Under the pieces are notes generated by a model. It was not told the origin of the DNA. It searched no databases and saw nothing but the letters and a program-made list of their open reading frames with translations. Positions 36,931 through 50,700 of a DNA stretch of 64,000 bases are shown here, in pieces. Each line of letters starts with the position of its first letter. Positions within the stretch are counted from its first letter, which is position 1. Source of the stretch: Camelus ferus (Eukaryota); contig NC_045700.1 of assembly GCF_009834535.1 (NCBI RefSeq), positions 60,326,001 to 60,390,000 of the forward strand. Reading direction: 5' to 3'. The translations under genes and the position numbers were made by a program.

Positions 36931-37281
36931 ACCGCCACTCTTCCCTGGTCCAGAAATTCATGGAATGAGAAAGCCTCCTTTCCTTTTATTAACCCATCAC
37001 TTCAGTCTCTTAAAGACTACTACACTAGATGTTTAGTCAAATGCAAACTTCTTTGCTAAAAGACTAGGGCAGTTTCAGAAGAGAAGTGTAATGTAGATGA
37101 CAAAGGTTATGCCTGAGAATGAAAAGGGAAAACAACTAAGAACTGGATTTTACAAAGAATTTCCCCTTGTGGGCTTCTCCACAACTCTTTTAGCTCCCAT
37201 GTCCTCAGGTAACATCCTCTCCCTCAAACGTATTTATCTGGTAGTCATCGGCCTGAATTTTTACCCACCTCCACAGAACAC

Positions 37282-37908
37282 TCAGAACTGAACTTGGATC
37301 CCCTCTCCTGCCATACAGCAAAGCCAATCTATTGACACTGAGTTGTAATGAGGGAAAGTACAGCACTTACTACAGGGCACCAAGCAAGAAGAACAGGCAG
37401 CTTATCCTCAGCTCAATTCTTCAATGACTTTTCAGGAGGGTTTTTAAAGGCAACATTTGGGGTGAGGGTTGCAGCTCATGGACTTTATTCTGATTGGTTG
37501 GTGGTGAGGCAACAGGATGATGTTTTGGGAATTTTAATCATCAACCTTCTGGTTCCAACCAGTCTAGGATCTACGTGCTTGTGGTTAACCCATAGTCACC
37601 ATCCTCCACAAGGTGGAGGTCTTAATTTCTGCAGAAAAACTCCAAGATGAGCATCAGATTGTTAAGCATATCCTTAGAGGAACTAGGACTCTGTTTTATT
37701 GCTGAACTGTTGTTTAAACCATCATTACTTTTCTGGCTTGACTGCTTTTCCTTTGTTTCTGTATTTCTTCACTTCCCTAATTAGCAGCTGCTTGAGTCTG
37801 CTCTTTGGAAAGCCTACCAGACCAAAGCCTTTTCCTATAAACAAGAAATGGGGGACACAGAGGGATTTTTGTACCCAGGAGGGCCTTGCTGGGTTCTGCT
37901 CAGTTTCA
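37282..37908 (-). mobile_element. ERV1-type solo LTR (MER34/LTR39-like; same family as 57690-58234)
   Basis: Minus strand starts TGAAACTGAGCAGAACCC. Shares blocks with the 57690 copy (ttctgattggttggtggtgagg, cttccctaattagca, cccaggagggcc). Confidence 0.8.
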
Positions 37909-40900
37909 TGCATTTCCCCTAAAATAAACACCCTACATCTGATGCTTGAAATGGAATAGCAGCCCCAGGGGTTGACAAGATGTCAGTGAAGCAGGTGGAT
38001 ACCTAAGCCTCATACAACAGGTGAGGGGAAATGGTTCTGAGCCATTGGTAATGGTAAAGCAGGAGCCTCTTTGTTGGGTTGTTGTTTTTTTTTTTTTTTT
38101 CCGATATTGTACAGTACATGCTATAGTTGAGCTGATCTTCCTAATTAAAGAACATTTTGGTGAAACACATATCCAAGAAAAGTCATTAATTTGGGGAGAA
38201 TAGGGCATTTGAATCCAAGAATCACAAATTGAAGCATTTGGACTTTAAGCAGATGATATAAATGAGTGAAATAGATTTTGTACTATTAATGGGCAAAGAT
38301 GGGGATTGTGGCCAAGTAGAACGAGCTTTCATGCCTTTGCAAAGGGCACAGCTGTTACACACCTCTCAATATTGCTGTTTTACAGGAATGTAGACAGAGT
38401 TGTCACCTTTGTCTCTCTCTGTGTGTCTCTCTCACTCTTCTCACTATTCAGAGATCTGGATTTATATGTGAAATATCCACTTCTTAGAACATTGAGGATG
38501 CCACACAAAACATTCTATCCACCTAATATGGGCACCAGATGAAAATAATTTTGAAAAAATAATTTTCTTAATTATGAAGACACAGCTCTTTTACCTTTCC
38601 CTGGGCCCTGTACTTGTGTCAAGTAGCTTTCAGAACATTACTATACTGGGGGGAAGGGGGAGTCTACTTGAGTAATTAATTAAATTAGCCTTTAATATTG
38701 ACTCCAATTTTTTTTTCTTAAAGAGACTCCGAGATATGATTCCTAAACTTTAGGCATCTCCCTGCAGTTTGAGGAATGGGGTGTTTGCCAATTCTTTTCT
38801 CTACAAATGTTTTAAAGATTTAGAAAAGAGGCTTTCACTACTGAGATGCTAATTCTGAAACTCTGCCTCCTTTTATTCTTTGTTAAGCAATATTGTATTT
38901 ACCAGGGACTCATTGGTCCCCGTTCTAGGTATTTCTGTTATATTTGCAGTGCCAAATTAAGGCTGCTAAAATTGGGATTTTTTTAAACAGGAAATAACTT
39001 GATGAGCATCTCATGGGAGAGGATATTTAAGACTTAAAATTCACACAAAATTTAATTATTTTTATTCTATAATAAGTTAACAAATCCTGCATTGATTTTG
39101 TACCCACTCTGCCTTCACCCCCAGACTCTCCTGGCAATAATTATTTACATGGGGATGACATAATGTTCTAAGATGTGTCAGTATTTGAGAAAACTCCCTA
39201 TTTTAGTCTAGACAGTACTTTGAGTCTCAACCACGTGGAAAGGGAGGGTCAACTTGGAAGCATAACTGCATTTCCTGTCAATTGTGATGTCATTACTTAT
39301 CCAGACAATACCACAGTGACAGCCACCAGGGGCTTGAGTGTTTGAACTGCTCTGATTCCCCAACCCAGGGCTGCTGAATGCTTCAGGAGGCCTGACCAGC
39401 CAGAAGCTGGTGTGGGCTTTGTGGTCCTGAAGGTTTGACAATTTGAGGACCCCCCTTAAGAAAAAGAACACAAATTACCAAAACAAACTTATGTCCAAAA
39501 TGCTCTACATAGTGCACACTACACTTAACTGAGATCTTTTTTAAAATTAAAACCAAGGTGAGGGGGGCAATCCCTCAATCCCTCTCAGGTGGTAAAACCA
39601 GGAAACATGAGTCAGGGAGTTGCGGTCACTGGGCCCCCAGAGGTACTGACGGGTGGCATCAGGACTTACTAACGTCCACACGTGGAAACAGCTGTGAGAA
39701 CGAGAAACGGCCTAGCTGTGGCTGTTCAGAGGCCCGTTCTATGATCCTTTTAGAGATATTTCAATGAAACAAATGAGACATTATTGACATTAACTTGGAC
39801 TATATAAATGACACTGCCTTTGTCATACATAAATTATACATTAAAGGCCTGAAAAAATTCAGGTGAAAAGTAGTAAAGTATGAAACAGAAGGAATAAAAA
39901 ATAATACTGTTAATAAGAATTATTCTGACATCAAAAAAAAGAAAATTAAAACAATAGTGAAAAAATCAAATCGTACCCGAAGCATTAATTTCCATTTAAG
40001 GTCCATACAAGTGAGGGGCCCTACGGGTCGATCTCCACTGACCTCACAATAAATCTGCCTCTACTTAGATGCTCCATCTAACCCCCTACACACGATTCCC
40101 AGAGATCATTCCAGCACACAGTGGATTCTGGCCCTTTTTCCCCAACTTTCCTCCACGCAGAATACGTAGGTTTAGTAAAATCCAACTGCAATTTCCTTTT
40201 ATCTTGTTGGGGACTGAAAAGGTACACATTTTTTCCTCATCTATGAGACATGCCTGTAAATAGTAAGAAAAGAGAGTTTCTAACAAAGACCCTTTACAAT
40301 GAAAGTTACAAATGTTACTCATGCCCCCTTGGGGCAAATATTCAGCACGAATTTCGGGAAAGCATTCCTTGTGTGAGAATAGCAAAGAATCTGTTAGCCT
40401 TGTCTGCTCCCTTAAGGGAAAATCTTGCTCTGTGTTAGTGCCAACATTTTCAGACTTCAATCACATGGATCTCTTTTAAGACCTTTTTTTCTGTCTTCTA
40501 AATCAGCTTTTCTCTTTACTTCTCCACAACGTCCTAAATCATTCTACCGCTTGAGCTGTCTGTCATCTCCAGAGTGAGATGGAAAAATTCTAGAATTCAG
40601 GAAGTTCTGTCTGTATTTGAATTCCTGTTGTGGTTAGATAGGATATGCCACTGCAGCTACCTCAGTGTCTAGATACAACCCTTTTTACTAGACTTTTGTT
40701 ACCTTTAGTGCCAATCCTTCAAGTTTTTTTTTTTCACTTTTCAGTTTTTCTTCCTTTTTAAAAATATGTTTATGCCATTAATTGCCTCAATGCTTTTACT
40801 TCTGTGACTCAAGCTTGCTTTTATTTTATTTTTTCCTATAATCTGTACACTCCTGTGCTGTTTCTGATTCTCTCTGCAGGCTTTCCCTCTTGTTACTGAC

Positions 40901-40964
40901 ATTTGCCCTCAAGTTGCACCTTTTATGTTTTCTTCTTGGGTTAATATAATGAAAAGAGATATTT

Positions 40965-41410
40965 ATATGCCCGTTGGCTCACAGATTTCCGTGGGAGCTT
41001 CCCGGGTGTAATCTAAAACCATCCCCAGACTTGAAGGTCGGGGAGACTGAAGACAGAGGCAGACCACTCCTGGCTGGTAGGTGGAAGGACTGATAAGCAA
41101 AGGAACTTACTCACCAGGCTTGTCTTGGGCAGCCGCAAGATGCATAGATTTCTGGGCCCATCCACCAATCTTAAAAATATATAGAGAGGCCTTAACTGGG
41201 TTCTGTCACTTGTACCATCCAGATGGCCTCAACATCACATTGCTCTCTCAAAGCTACATCCTTGAAAATGCCTCCCACTGTGGGAACAATGGGGGAAACT
41301 ACATTCCAAGCATAGGAGAGGAGGGGAGGAGCCTCTGATTACCCAGGTCCAGTTCTTGGGTCACCTGGTGGTCATGTCCTCTTGATGATCTCCTCCAAAG
41401 ATGCCCTGTA
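40965..41410 (-). mobile_element. Probable ERVL-class LTR (MER54/MER74 group-like)
   Basis: gcagaccactcctggctggtaggtgg...ggcttgtcttgggcagccgcaaga; family assignment is from memory and uncertain. Confidence 0.45.
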
Positions 41411-44400
41411 AGAAATGTGATTACCTAGGCAGTTAGAGACTTGTTCAAAGGGACCCGGCTTTCTATCTGCCTTACCCTGCCTGCCCTTTCAGGATGTTAC
41501 TTGTCATTCACTCTAAAGCATCCTTTTGGTCAATGATGTTCTGTTTTGAGAGACAGAGATGCCGTTTTGGAGGTTTTTGAAAGCTTTTTCTGACCATGCT
41601 ATTATTTTAAGATGCACATTAATTGAGACTAGCCAGAAACAAACAGCTGGCTAACAAGGTAGTTTCCAAAGGTGCTATGTAGCCCTCAGGTAAATTCATT
41701 AAGACTCTACCTCTGGGAGCACAGAATTGCATGGGTACCAATTTTCTTCTCTGTACCCAGCTTCATTCCTTCTATTAAGGGGATGAAGATTCTCTTTCAG
41801 AGCTACAGGAATAAACTGCTTACAATATGCTTTTCTTTTCCATTCCCCACCCAGATAATTCATAGCATATCTTGTATCTGAGATCCGTATCAGACACTGG
41901 AGACAAGATTGTTATATAAAATGAAGAGTGAGCCCTTTCGGTAGAAGGGATTTTTAAGGCACACGGTGGTGGTCTGTGCTGTTTCTCACTGGCAGAGGCA
42001 GGGCGGGGTCATGGTGCAGAGAGGTAGCATTTAGTGGTGTGAGATCTCCAATCTATTAAAGAAAGCATAATTGAGTTGTGTCACTGTAAATACCCAATTA
42101 TACAAACTAATTTATATATTAAATCATCAGTGATATGAGAATTGTAATCATTTTTTTCTCTCTCACTTTGCCAGACTGATTTTTGAGAATTCATGAGTAA
42201 TGAATTGGCTGTATTTTCAGGGGAGCCAATTGGTATGCTTGTGGTGACTGGTTTGAATTGTAATTCATTTTATGCACACATCCAATTACTTCTCATAGAA
42301 AGGGTTCAGAAAAGTTCCCAACCCACCAAAGCAAAGCCTTGACTTCAGAAAATCTGAATACTTTGATGTTTTCCACTTTTTTCTTAGTAAAATAAAAGAA
42401 AAAATAAACTTCAGCCATTCTGCAACAAAGTATCCTGTTTCTTCCAGCTGGAAGGACATTAGAATTAAAAAAACTTTTTTTAACAAATTTGTCTATAATT
42501 AATACAGTTTCTCCCAAATTTTTAAATATTACCTCAAACTTTAAGAAAAAATTAGATAATGCTGAGTAGGCTAATTCTCTTAGAGAGACATCGAGTTAGC
42601 ATAAAGGTGAACTGGAGTCCGGACCAAGTTAGATTTCTGGGATAGAGTGAAAATTTAGTGTGAACCAGTCCAAGCTTATGTCAGGAAGCTGTAAGGAATG
42701 AACTACCATTTTAATGGTAACTGAGAAAATGGGATTCAGGTCACAGTAATACACTATGGATTGGTAAGAGGTTGGCACTCTATTTAGTTCTGAATGACTA
42801 CAGCAAAGGGAGGTAGAAAAATAAGAAAAAGAAAAGGACGTCAATGGGAGATTTGGAGAGAGATACATAGACCAGTGAGAGGGAGGAAGGAGGAACGTGG
42901 CGGGGAGAAAAGCTCCAGGGTAACATCAGGCAAAGCTGGAACTGATTCAGGTTGTTAGGGTCAAAGTGTGCCTGCGTGAGTTGTTCTCAAACTTTCCTGA
43001 TGGCTTCCCTTCTGTGTCTAGTTATTACTGCAGGCAAGAGAAGGGGTTCTGACTTACCAATTCACAGTCGCTGAACCCCAGCCCAGGTGAAAGGGTAGTC
43101 ACATCCAAACACTGGCCATTGACCATCGAGGTGAATGGGACAGATCGCTTCCTGATTCAACATCCAGGAATGTCACAAAATACCTCCGCCAAGGGGCTTT
43201 TCCAGCATGTGCTATGACCTTGATAAATTCTGCCCTCTTTCCAGGCAAATGATACCTTGGGAAATCAACCTGTCTTAGTACAGAGAAGCTGAGATTAAAT
43301 CAATGTCCTTGAAACATAAGTGAAAATATGAATTTTCCAGGTTTCTGCACTATTCCTGAATGGTGAACAGAGGCAATTTTACCAAATTGAAGACATACTT
43401 AAAGCAATTCAGACTGAACCAGTATAAAACCGTGAAGTATGGCAGTCTAGACGATCTTTGCAACAATTCTGTCTCATTTTCCCTCATGGTGACATCCATA
43501 TTCCCAATGCATACCAGCTGTATGTGCTCCCTACTTCCACACAATGCAAACCTTTTATTCCTTTTAAGGTATAACTGGCTGACAGTCTATTAAAGCATTA
43601 TCCACCCTAGAGATATCTTCATTGCAATAGGAATCAAAGCAGTAATTCAAAGAAGGTCATCAATATATATGTGGTTACTTTTCCTCTTTGATCATGGCAG
43701 GCTTCACAAAATATGGAATTCTTTCCCACTGAGGCCAGATAAGGCCACAGAATCTTTCTCAATATTGGTGATCCAGGTAGCCACGAACAATTCAACAAAG
43801 TGAACAAGCAACATGAAAATGTATCTATAATTCAGTATCTATGCTGTAAAATTGTAATGGTTACATTTTAAACATCAATTAAGATGTATGGAAAGATGAA
43901 AGGATAGGGACTGAGGGTTGATAGTTCACATAATGACAATTCTAGTCCCGCTATTCGAAATAATATTGAAGGAAAATGTTAGAGAAATCAATAGTTAATG
44001 ACAGAACGCACGGAAAGAGTATCGTAAACCCAAATAGCTACAAAATGCAAAAAGGTCATATTCAGGATCATAGGTGTGGATTGTTGAGCAAAGACTGAAG
44101 CACTGTTTGAAACCTTTTATTTAAATTTTTATTGTCTCACTGTTTTGGAATGAATGGCTGTTACTTTCTGCACAGTTGATATACAGTGTTTCTACTTTTC
44201 AAGAAACAAAGCAGAAATTACAGATCCAAATTACCATATCCCAGTCAAAGTAGCTGCCCTGACAGGATATACATTTATTCCAGCGGTACGGCCATTGCTT
44301 AAAACAGTTTTAGAACTCCTCTTGAAATTGCTTTCAGAGCCTGAAGCTAATTTCTTTGACTGTCCTCAATAGTGGCAAATCTTCATCTTTTGACAGGGGA

Positions 44401-44863
44401 TTTGATTTTTTTAAAGCTTGCCAAAAGTCAAGACCGGTGAATAAAGCAGTTGGTTAAATTGGGTTATAGTGTTTGGGGTTTCGAAAATAAGGGGACCTCA
44501 AGTTATGAGCCGAGTTTTCTCACGGAGCTCGTAAACCACTTTAGAAGGCAATTTCAAAAGGGACTCTTTCAAAGTAGATTTTTAGTTTCCTCCTTTATAA
44601 AGTGAGTGGCGACCACTAGCTGATCTCTGAATTCCCTTCCAACTCTATGATTATGTGATTCAGGAATTCATTTATTTAAACATCTTGAAAGATTCGGTGC
44701 TATTTTAAAGGAAAATAAAACAAATCTCAATGTGATGAAAACCTTTTTTATCTTAAAAAAGATATATTAAAAGAACGTACTTAATTACACTGGGGTTCAT
44801 TTTCCTCTGCTGTAAAATGGGGGAGGGTCTTGATTAGATGACCCTCGAGCTGTACAATGATAT

Positions 44864-45550
44864 GCTATTGAATTAATTATCTCTTGCATTATAACAAATT
44901 ACGCCAAAATTTAGTGGCTTTAAACAACATTTATTGTCTCCCAGTTCCTGTGAGTCAGAAATCTGGGCACTGCTTATCTCTGTCCTTTGCTTTAGGACTT
45001 CTCCCAGGCTACAGTCACGGTGTCACCTGAGTTGCAGTCATTCCAAGGATCACTTGGATTTGTCTCCAGCTCACCTGTATGATCACCAGCCCTCTTCATC
45101 TTTTCCTTGGCCTCAGTCCTTGCTGGCGGATGGTTGAAGGCTGCCCTCAGTTCCTTTCCACATGGGCTTCTTACTAAGGCATCTGATGATATGTCAACTT
45201 ACTTATCATAACAAGCGGGCATTAAGAGCCAGAGAAAGAGACAGTACAAACCAGAAGAAGTTATAGCCTTTAACCTAATCTGAGAAGTGATGTCCCATCA
45301 CTTTTGCTATATCCTGTTCTCTAAAAGAGGTGGGGAGGGTATAGGTCAGTGGTAGAGCGTGTGCTCAGCATGCTCGAGGTCCTGGGCTTAATCTCCAGTA
45401 TCCCTGTTAAAAAATATATAAATAAATAAAAAGTAAAGTTAAAAAAAAGTATTTGGATCCAGCTCATACTCCAGGGGAAGGGATTACTCAAGGGAAAGAG
45501 TACCAGAAGGTGGAAATGACAGGGAGCCACGTTATAAGCATCCTACCATG
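44864..45550 (-). mobile_element. MaLR 3' LTR (MLT1E/F-like) with adjacent polypurine tract
   Basis: acaaattacgccaaaatttagtggctttaaacaac... A minus-strand PPT (ggggctgggggaa) lies at ~45553-45566. The LTR is interrupted by a SINE. Confidence 0.75.
45329..45448 (+). mobile_element. tRNA-derived camelid SINE (short form) inserted in MLT1
   Basis: ggtggggagggtataggtcagtggtagagcgtgtgctcagcatgctcgaggtcctggg followed by an A-rich tail. Confidence 0.85.
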
Positions 45551-45659
45551 TATTCCCCCAGCCCCCAGTGATTCTCATCCCTTTCATGTGAAAAATACAC
45601 TCACCATGTCTCAGGCCCCTGTAAAACTCAGTCCATTGCAGCGTCAGATCAAAGTCCAC

Positions 45660-47100
45660 CACCACCTCATTTAAATCATGTTCAAATGTGTATGAGCCTT
45701 TTTGAGTGTGGTTCCTTCAGCACAGCTCCAGGAGTCCAGTTCCTTTTTATCTGTGGACTTGTGAAACCACAAGTTCTGGAACTGTGATCCTCCCATTGTC
45801 ATTAACTTCACAGCTACCCTACCACAGGGGCCTCTGCACCACAGGGTCTGCTGCATCTGGACCTGCTGCGCTGACTTTACCTGCTCTGGTACCCACTCAG
45901 AGCAGGTAGAGCAATATTCCCAAGTGTGCATATAGTATATTCAAACCAATGAACCTCTAAAAAGTAACTGGCGTGGCAAGTACTTGAACCTTCGTAATCT
46001 TTTTCTCCTACTCTCTGGAGCATGTGTCTTAACTAGGTTTCCAATGTACTTATCTTGCCACTTTTTGCTCATCTGGTCTAATTAATATGTCATCAATATA
46101 ATGGACCAAAGTGATTTTGTATAGATGTCCAAACTGTCCAGGTCTCTCCAGGCAATATCATGACAGAGGGTGTGAAAATTAACCTAGTGATGGGGCAGTA
46201 TAAACATTTATCCCACATGAATACAAACTGCTTTTGATGCTTCTTTCTTACAAAGACAAGGAAGTAAAGGATAAATTAGACAAATCAATGACTGAATACC
46301 ATGTATTTGAAGTTGATCTACTCTAACAAAGGTACCTCTTCAGCAATAGTAACTGCAATTAGCACCACTAGTTGGTTGAGTTTGCAGTAGTCTATTTCCA
46401 TTGTCCAGGATCTATCTGGGTTGTTTAGTGGGTCAAAATAGTAAGGTAAATGAACATATGATGGGCCCATGGCCTCTGCATCTTCTAGGTCTTCTGCTAT
46501 TCTCCCTGGGATGCAATGTTGCTTTTTTGTCTTAATATATTTCACAAGTGTGGGGATGGGGAAATGGGAAAGAAGTTTTAGAAATTTGCACCTGGCCTTC
46601 CTACTGGAAAGCTCTTATTCTGTGATCTAATGAACCATTAACTACCAAGTATCTCCATTCCAATGACATATCCTGGGACTAAGGAAACAATAACTTTGCA
46701 AGTCAGGGAACTCAGTGAACCAACTACTGTGAGCTAGATTTATGCCCAAATTCTTTTAATTATCTAGTCTCCAAATGCCTTCACTTTAACATGAGGACTC
46801 TGATGATGCTTTATGTCTCTAATTATCAATGTCAACTCAGACCTGACATCTAACATTCCTCAAAATGTTTGTGTATTCCTCTTGCCCCAGAGTTTGATTT
46901 TGCAAGTAAATACCTTTCATTCCTGTTGGGAAGTGACTTATCATTGTGTTACAGAGTCCCTCCTTCTTCAATCAATAAGTTTAGAGTCAGACCTTGACTC
47001 AGGTATAGAAACTGGATGTGAGTTTATAAATTTTTTACTAAATCGATTGTCTTCAGTTTCCTGATCATTCATCCTTGGTTTATATTAATTTTACAGTTTG
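45660..47100 (-). mobile_element. ERVL internal remnant: protease-RT-connection (dead, with stops and frameshifts)
   Basis: Translated by hand: WGKRNTQTF*GMLDVRSELTLIIRD (~46890-46815, protease DTGS-like). From the ORF track: KQHCIPGRIAE...NPDRSWTMEIDYCKLNQ (46318-46545) and EWVPEQVKSAQQVQ. Confidence 0.85.
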
Positions 47101-47149
47101 AGCAATGCCCTTCTTGGCTGCTTATCTCCCTTACTTCCAGGCATGTTGT

Positions 47150-47525
47150 GTACACATTGTGATAATTGCTCTGGAATGGACATACTCCACTCAATCCTGT
47201 CCTCGTATAATCCCCTCCCCTTGAGTGCAGGTGGAACCTGTGACTTTCTTCTGACTAAGAATATGGCAAAGGTGGTGGATGGCACTTCCTTGATTCAGTT
47301 ATGTCTTATGGTAAAGGTAATGGGATGTGACTCCCATGATTATGTTACCTTTTATGATTCTGTCTCAGCAGACTGAAAAAAGAGACTCTTCTGTCGGTCT
47401 TGAAGAAGTAAGCTGTTTTGATGTGAACTGCCCATGGATAGGGCCACATGGTAGGAAACTGAAGGTGACCTTTAAGAGCTGAGAGGGTCAGTTCTGCAAC
47501 CACAAGGAATTTGGGGCCAACTAAA
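47150..47525 (+). mobile_element. MaLR LTR (MLT1D/E-like)
   Basis: cccttgagtgcaggtggaacctgtgact...aagaatatggcaaaggtggtggatgg. Confidence 0.75.
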
Positions 47526-47759
47526 AGCAAAAAAATGACACTAATTCATGCTCACACATAGATAGAAATAAATAGTGATTATATAGATATGAATATAAAT
47601 TTAGATAAATAGATAGACAATTTACTGAATTACAAGAAGAGACATAACTTATTCTGACATGGACCATAAATCCCTTCTCACTAAAGGCTGTTGAAGCACT
47701 CTTAGGCCTAAAATCTATGTGTAATAAATTTTGGTGAATTGTGTAAGCTAGAGGCTACA

Positions 47760-48830
47760 GTTATTTTTTTCATACATGAATATCTGACTTATAGGCCTAA
47801 ATTTAAAATTCTGACAATGCCTAGTTCTGGCAAGAATACGGAGCAACTGGAGCTCTAAGATACTACTGATGGGAGTCAAAATGAATACAGCCACTTTGGA
47901 AATGCTTTCATCAGTATCTGCTAAAGTTGAACACAATCATACCTTGTGATCCACTAGCTCACTGTGAGGTGTGTATCGTCCATAAATATCTACATATGTG
48001 TACCAAAGTACATGAGCACAAATGTAACAGCATGAATCTTCACTGCAAAAACTTAGAAATATTTAAATACCTATCAACAGTACAATGAATGAATGAATTA
48101 TATGTTTATAAAATAGATTATCATATTGCAATAAAAAAAACAAACTACTGCTTCACTAACAATATGGATAAAGCTCACAGATACAATGATGAATGAAAGA
48201 AACCAAAGAGCAAATGCTGTTCAATTTTGTTTTTAGAAAGGTAAAAATCAAACTAATATATGATGGACAGAATAGTGACTAACTTTGGGGGGAATAATGA
48301 CTGAAAGAGGGCATGAGGAAGGCTTTAGAGATGCTGAGAATGTTTATAACTTGAGCTTGTTGATTGTTACATGAGAAAACTTACTTTAAAAGATTCACTA
48401 AGCTATAGATTTATAACATTCAGCGCAGTTTACAGTACGCTACTCTTCAGTGGAAAAAAATCTTATTCCTCCCATAAACAAATAGTAGTTTAGAGAAGAA
48501 GATATAAAAGTGTCCCACGCGTGTTCAAAAAGATGTTCAATTTTACTAATAAGAGAAGTGCAAATTGAAGTTATACATTGTGACACCACTTCTTACCTAC
48601 CAGATAGACAAAAATCCAAAAGTTTGAGATACTCTGTTGATTAGGCTGTGGGGAAACAGGCCCTGTCATATGTTGCCAGTGACCATGCAAATGCAATAAG
48701 CCCGATGGAGGAAAGCTTGGTGATACCTGGAAAAATTACCCTCAAAGGGCAGACATTTACCCCTTGATTCAGCAGCCCCACTTCTAGGAACTCATTTCAA
48801 ATATATACTGACAAAATGTGAAATTACTTT
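47760..48830 (+). mobile_element. Old L1 (L1ME-like) fragments
   Basis: gagcaactggagctct...tacagccactttggaaa...; cctaccagatagacaaaaatccaaaagtttg...cagcagccccacttctagga. Confidence 0.75.
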
Positions 48831-50289
48831 TTCTGCTGAATAGTGTTTGTTTGCCATTTCAGCTTTTATTCCCCTGTCCTTCTCCACCCTGCTCTGTGCT
48901 CTGAGAGACTGAACCTTGTGAACTGTATTTGCGGCGAGCAAACATTCTCTGTAGAGGGACAGGTAGTATAGATTTTTAGGCTTCAAGGGCCATATAGCTC
49001 CTGTTGCAATTACTAAACTTCGGTGTTATTGAGCATTTACTATGTACAAGACATTGTGCTAGATACTGAAATATAATAATAATTCAGATCCTCTAAAAAA
49101 GCTTCTCTCTCTCCCCTCTCCCTTCTTGTTTTTATTAACAAAAATTCTCCACACTAGCTGTGAAGATGGAAGTGACTACTCACTTTAAAACACAGTTTTT
49201 CTGTTTTTCTGCTTTATGGACTGTTTGATTTCTGTAACTGCAAGATAAAATGGGGGAGTTGCTATTCTGTTTGAGTGTTGAAGGAAGCATTAAAGTGGGC
49301 CATATAATTTACAAAAATGTATGAACCACCTTGTTCAGTTTCTTTAGTATAGTTTTGTGACAAGATGTTGGTCAACATAGCCAGTAACAAAATTTTAAAC
49401 AGTCTTATAGATATATTTAAACTTAACAATGTAAGATTTAAATCACCAGGTCATTTTGCTTTTGGATAAATCTCATTCATAATATTAAATATAAGACTGA
49501 TGACAATAGAAAGTGCCCTTCCTCTCTTTTGTGGACATTTCTGAGAGGCAGCAGATAGTCTGCAGAACGATGCCATTTGCTCAGAATTATTTATGATACA
49601 TATAATCTGTCTAAACTCACTCAAAGTCTTCAATGCATGTGTCTTAGTTACTGTTCCTATCCCTATAAATTAAAACCATAAAAATTAACACAGTGGCTGA
49701 CAATTGGGTAAATGAATAATTATTTAAATAAATCATATCAAATATATAAATTCTAGAAAAACCAACAGAAATGTGGAATTAATACAGAAATAGCATTTTT
49801 AGTGGGTAATTAAAATGTACTTTTTTCTATTTTAAAATTCTGTTTTCATTAATAATGTGGCCTTCAAGCAATGACTTGAAGTTGAATGCAGGTTGTTGAG
49901 AGATGAAAGAAAACTGACCCACTGTGAACTACTGAGTGTCATCAAGGAGAAATGGATTCCTTAAGTCACACTCTTTCACGTCACAGCTTTCTTTTTAAAC
50001 GTCTGATTTCCCTGTGGTATCTTTTCTTCTCCTTTCTGATGATAACACAGTCTAGGAGTTATGTGCCTGCACACTTGGCAGAAATAGTTCCTCTTACATC
50101 TCCAGGGAAGGCTGTTGTGCACCTGAAACTTCAAAGCCTCCTGTAGTGAGGCGTGTTCCAGCCTTGTGCCTTTACTGTTCCTCTCCTTGGTCCGCCTTGT
50201 CCAAGGTTCCGTCACTTCTGCTACTGCAACTCCCAACACTGCCGTTTTTTGGTCTCAACTACAGACTAGAAAGAAAGCGGCAGTCTTAG

Positions 50290-50700
50290 TGTATCATTAG
50301 GACTGCTCACCAAATGTTTTTATTTTGTCCTCCCAGATATATTGTAGCATTGTACTTTCTCATCCCCTTTGAAGTTATTTGTGGCCTTGAACTTCCTTTG
50401 GCAATATTATGTGAGCAAAAAGGATGTGTATTACTCAGGACATAGCTTTAAAAGCCAGCGTGCAATTCATCCCACTCTGCTCACTTTGCGGGTTGGCAAG
50501 GTTCCAGACAGCGGTTTCTTGTTCAACTGGGGTCCTGGAGTCAGGACAATGGGGAGCAGGGCCTGCAGCCAACTTGTAATGATCGTGTAAGGTGAGCCAG
50601 AAATTAACTTAGTGGTTTTAAGTCATTGAGAGTTTCAGATTTTGTTTGTTTGTTTTAACTTCAGAACTACCTAGTCTATTCTGACTGGTATTTGTATTGA
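50290..50700 (+). mobile_element. Old MaLR LTR (MLT1H/I/J-like)
   Basis: gtgagccagaaattaacttagtggttttaagtcattgagagtttcag...cctagtctattctgactggta. Confidence 0.6.
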
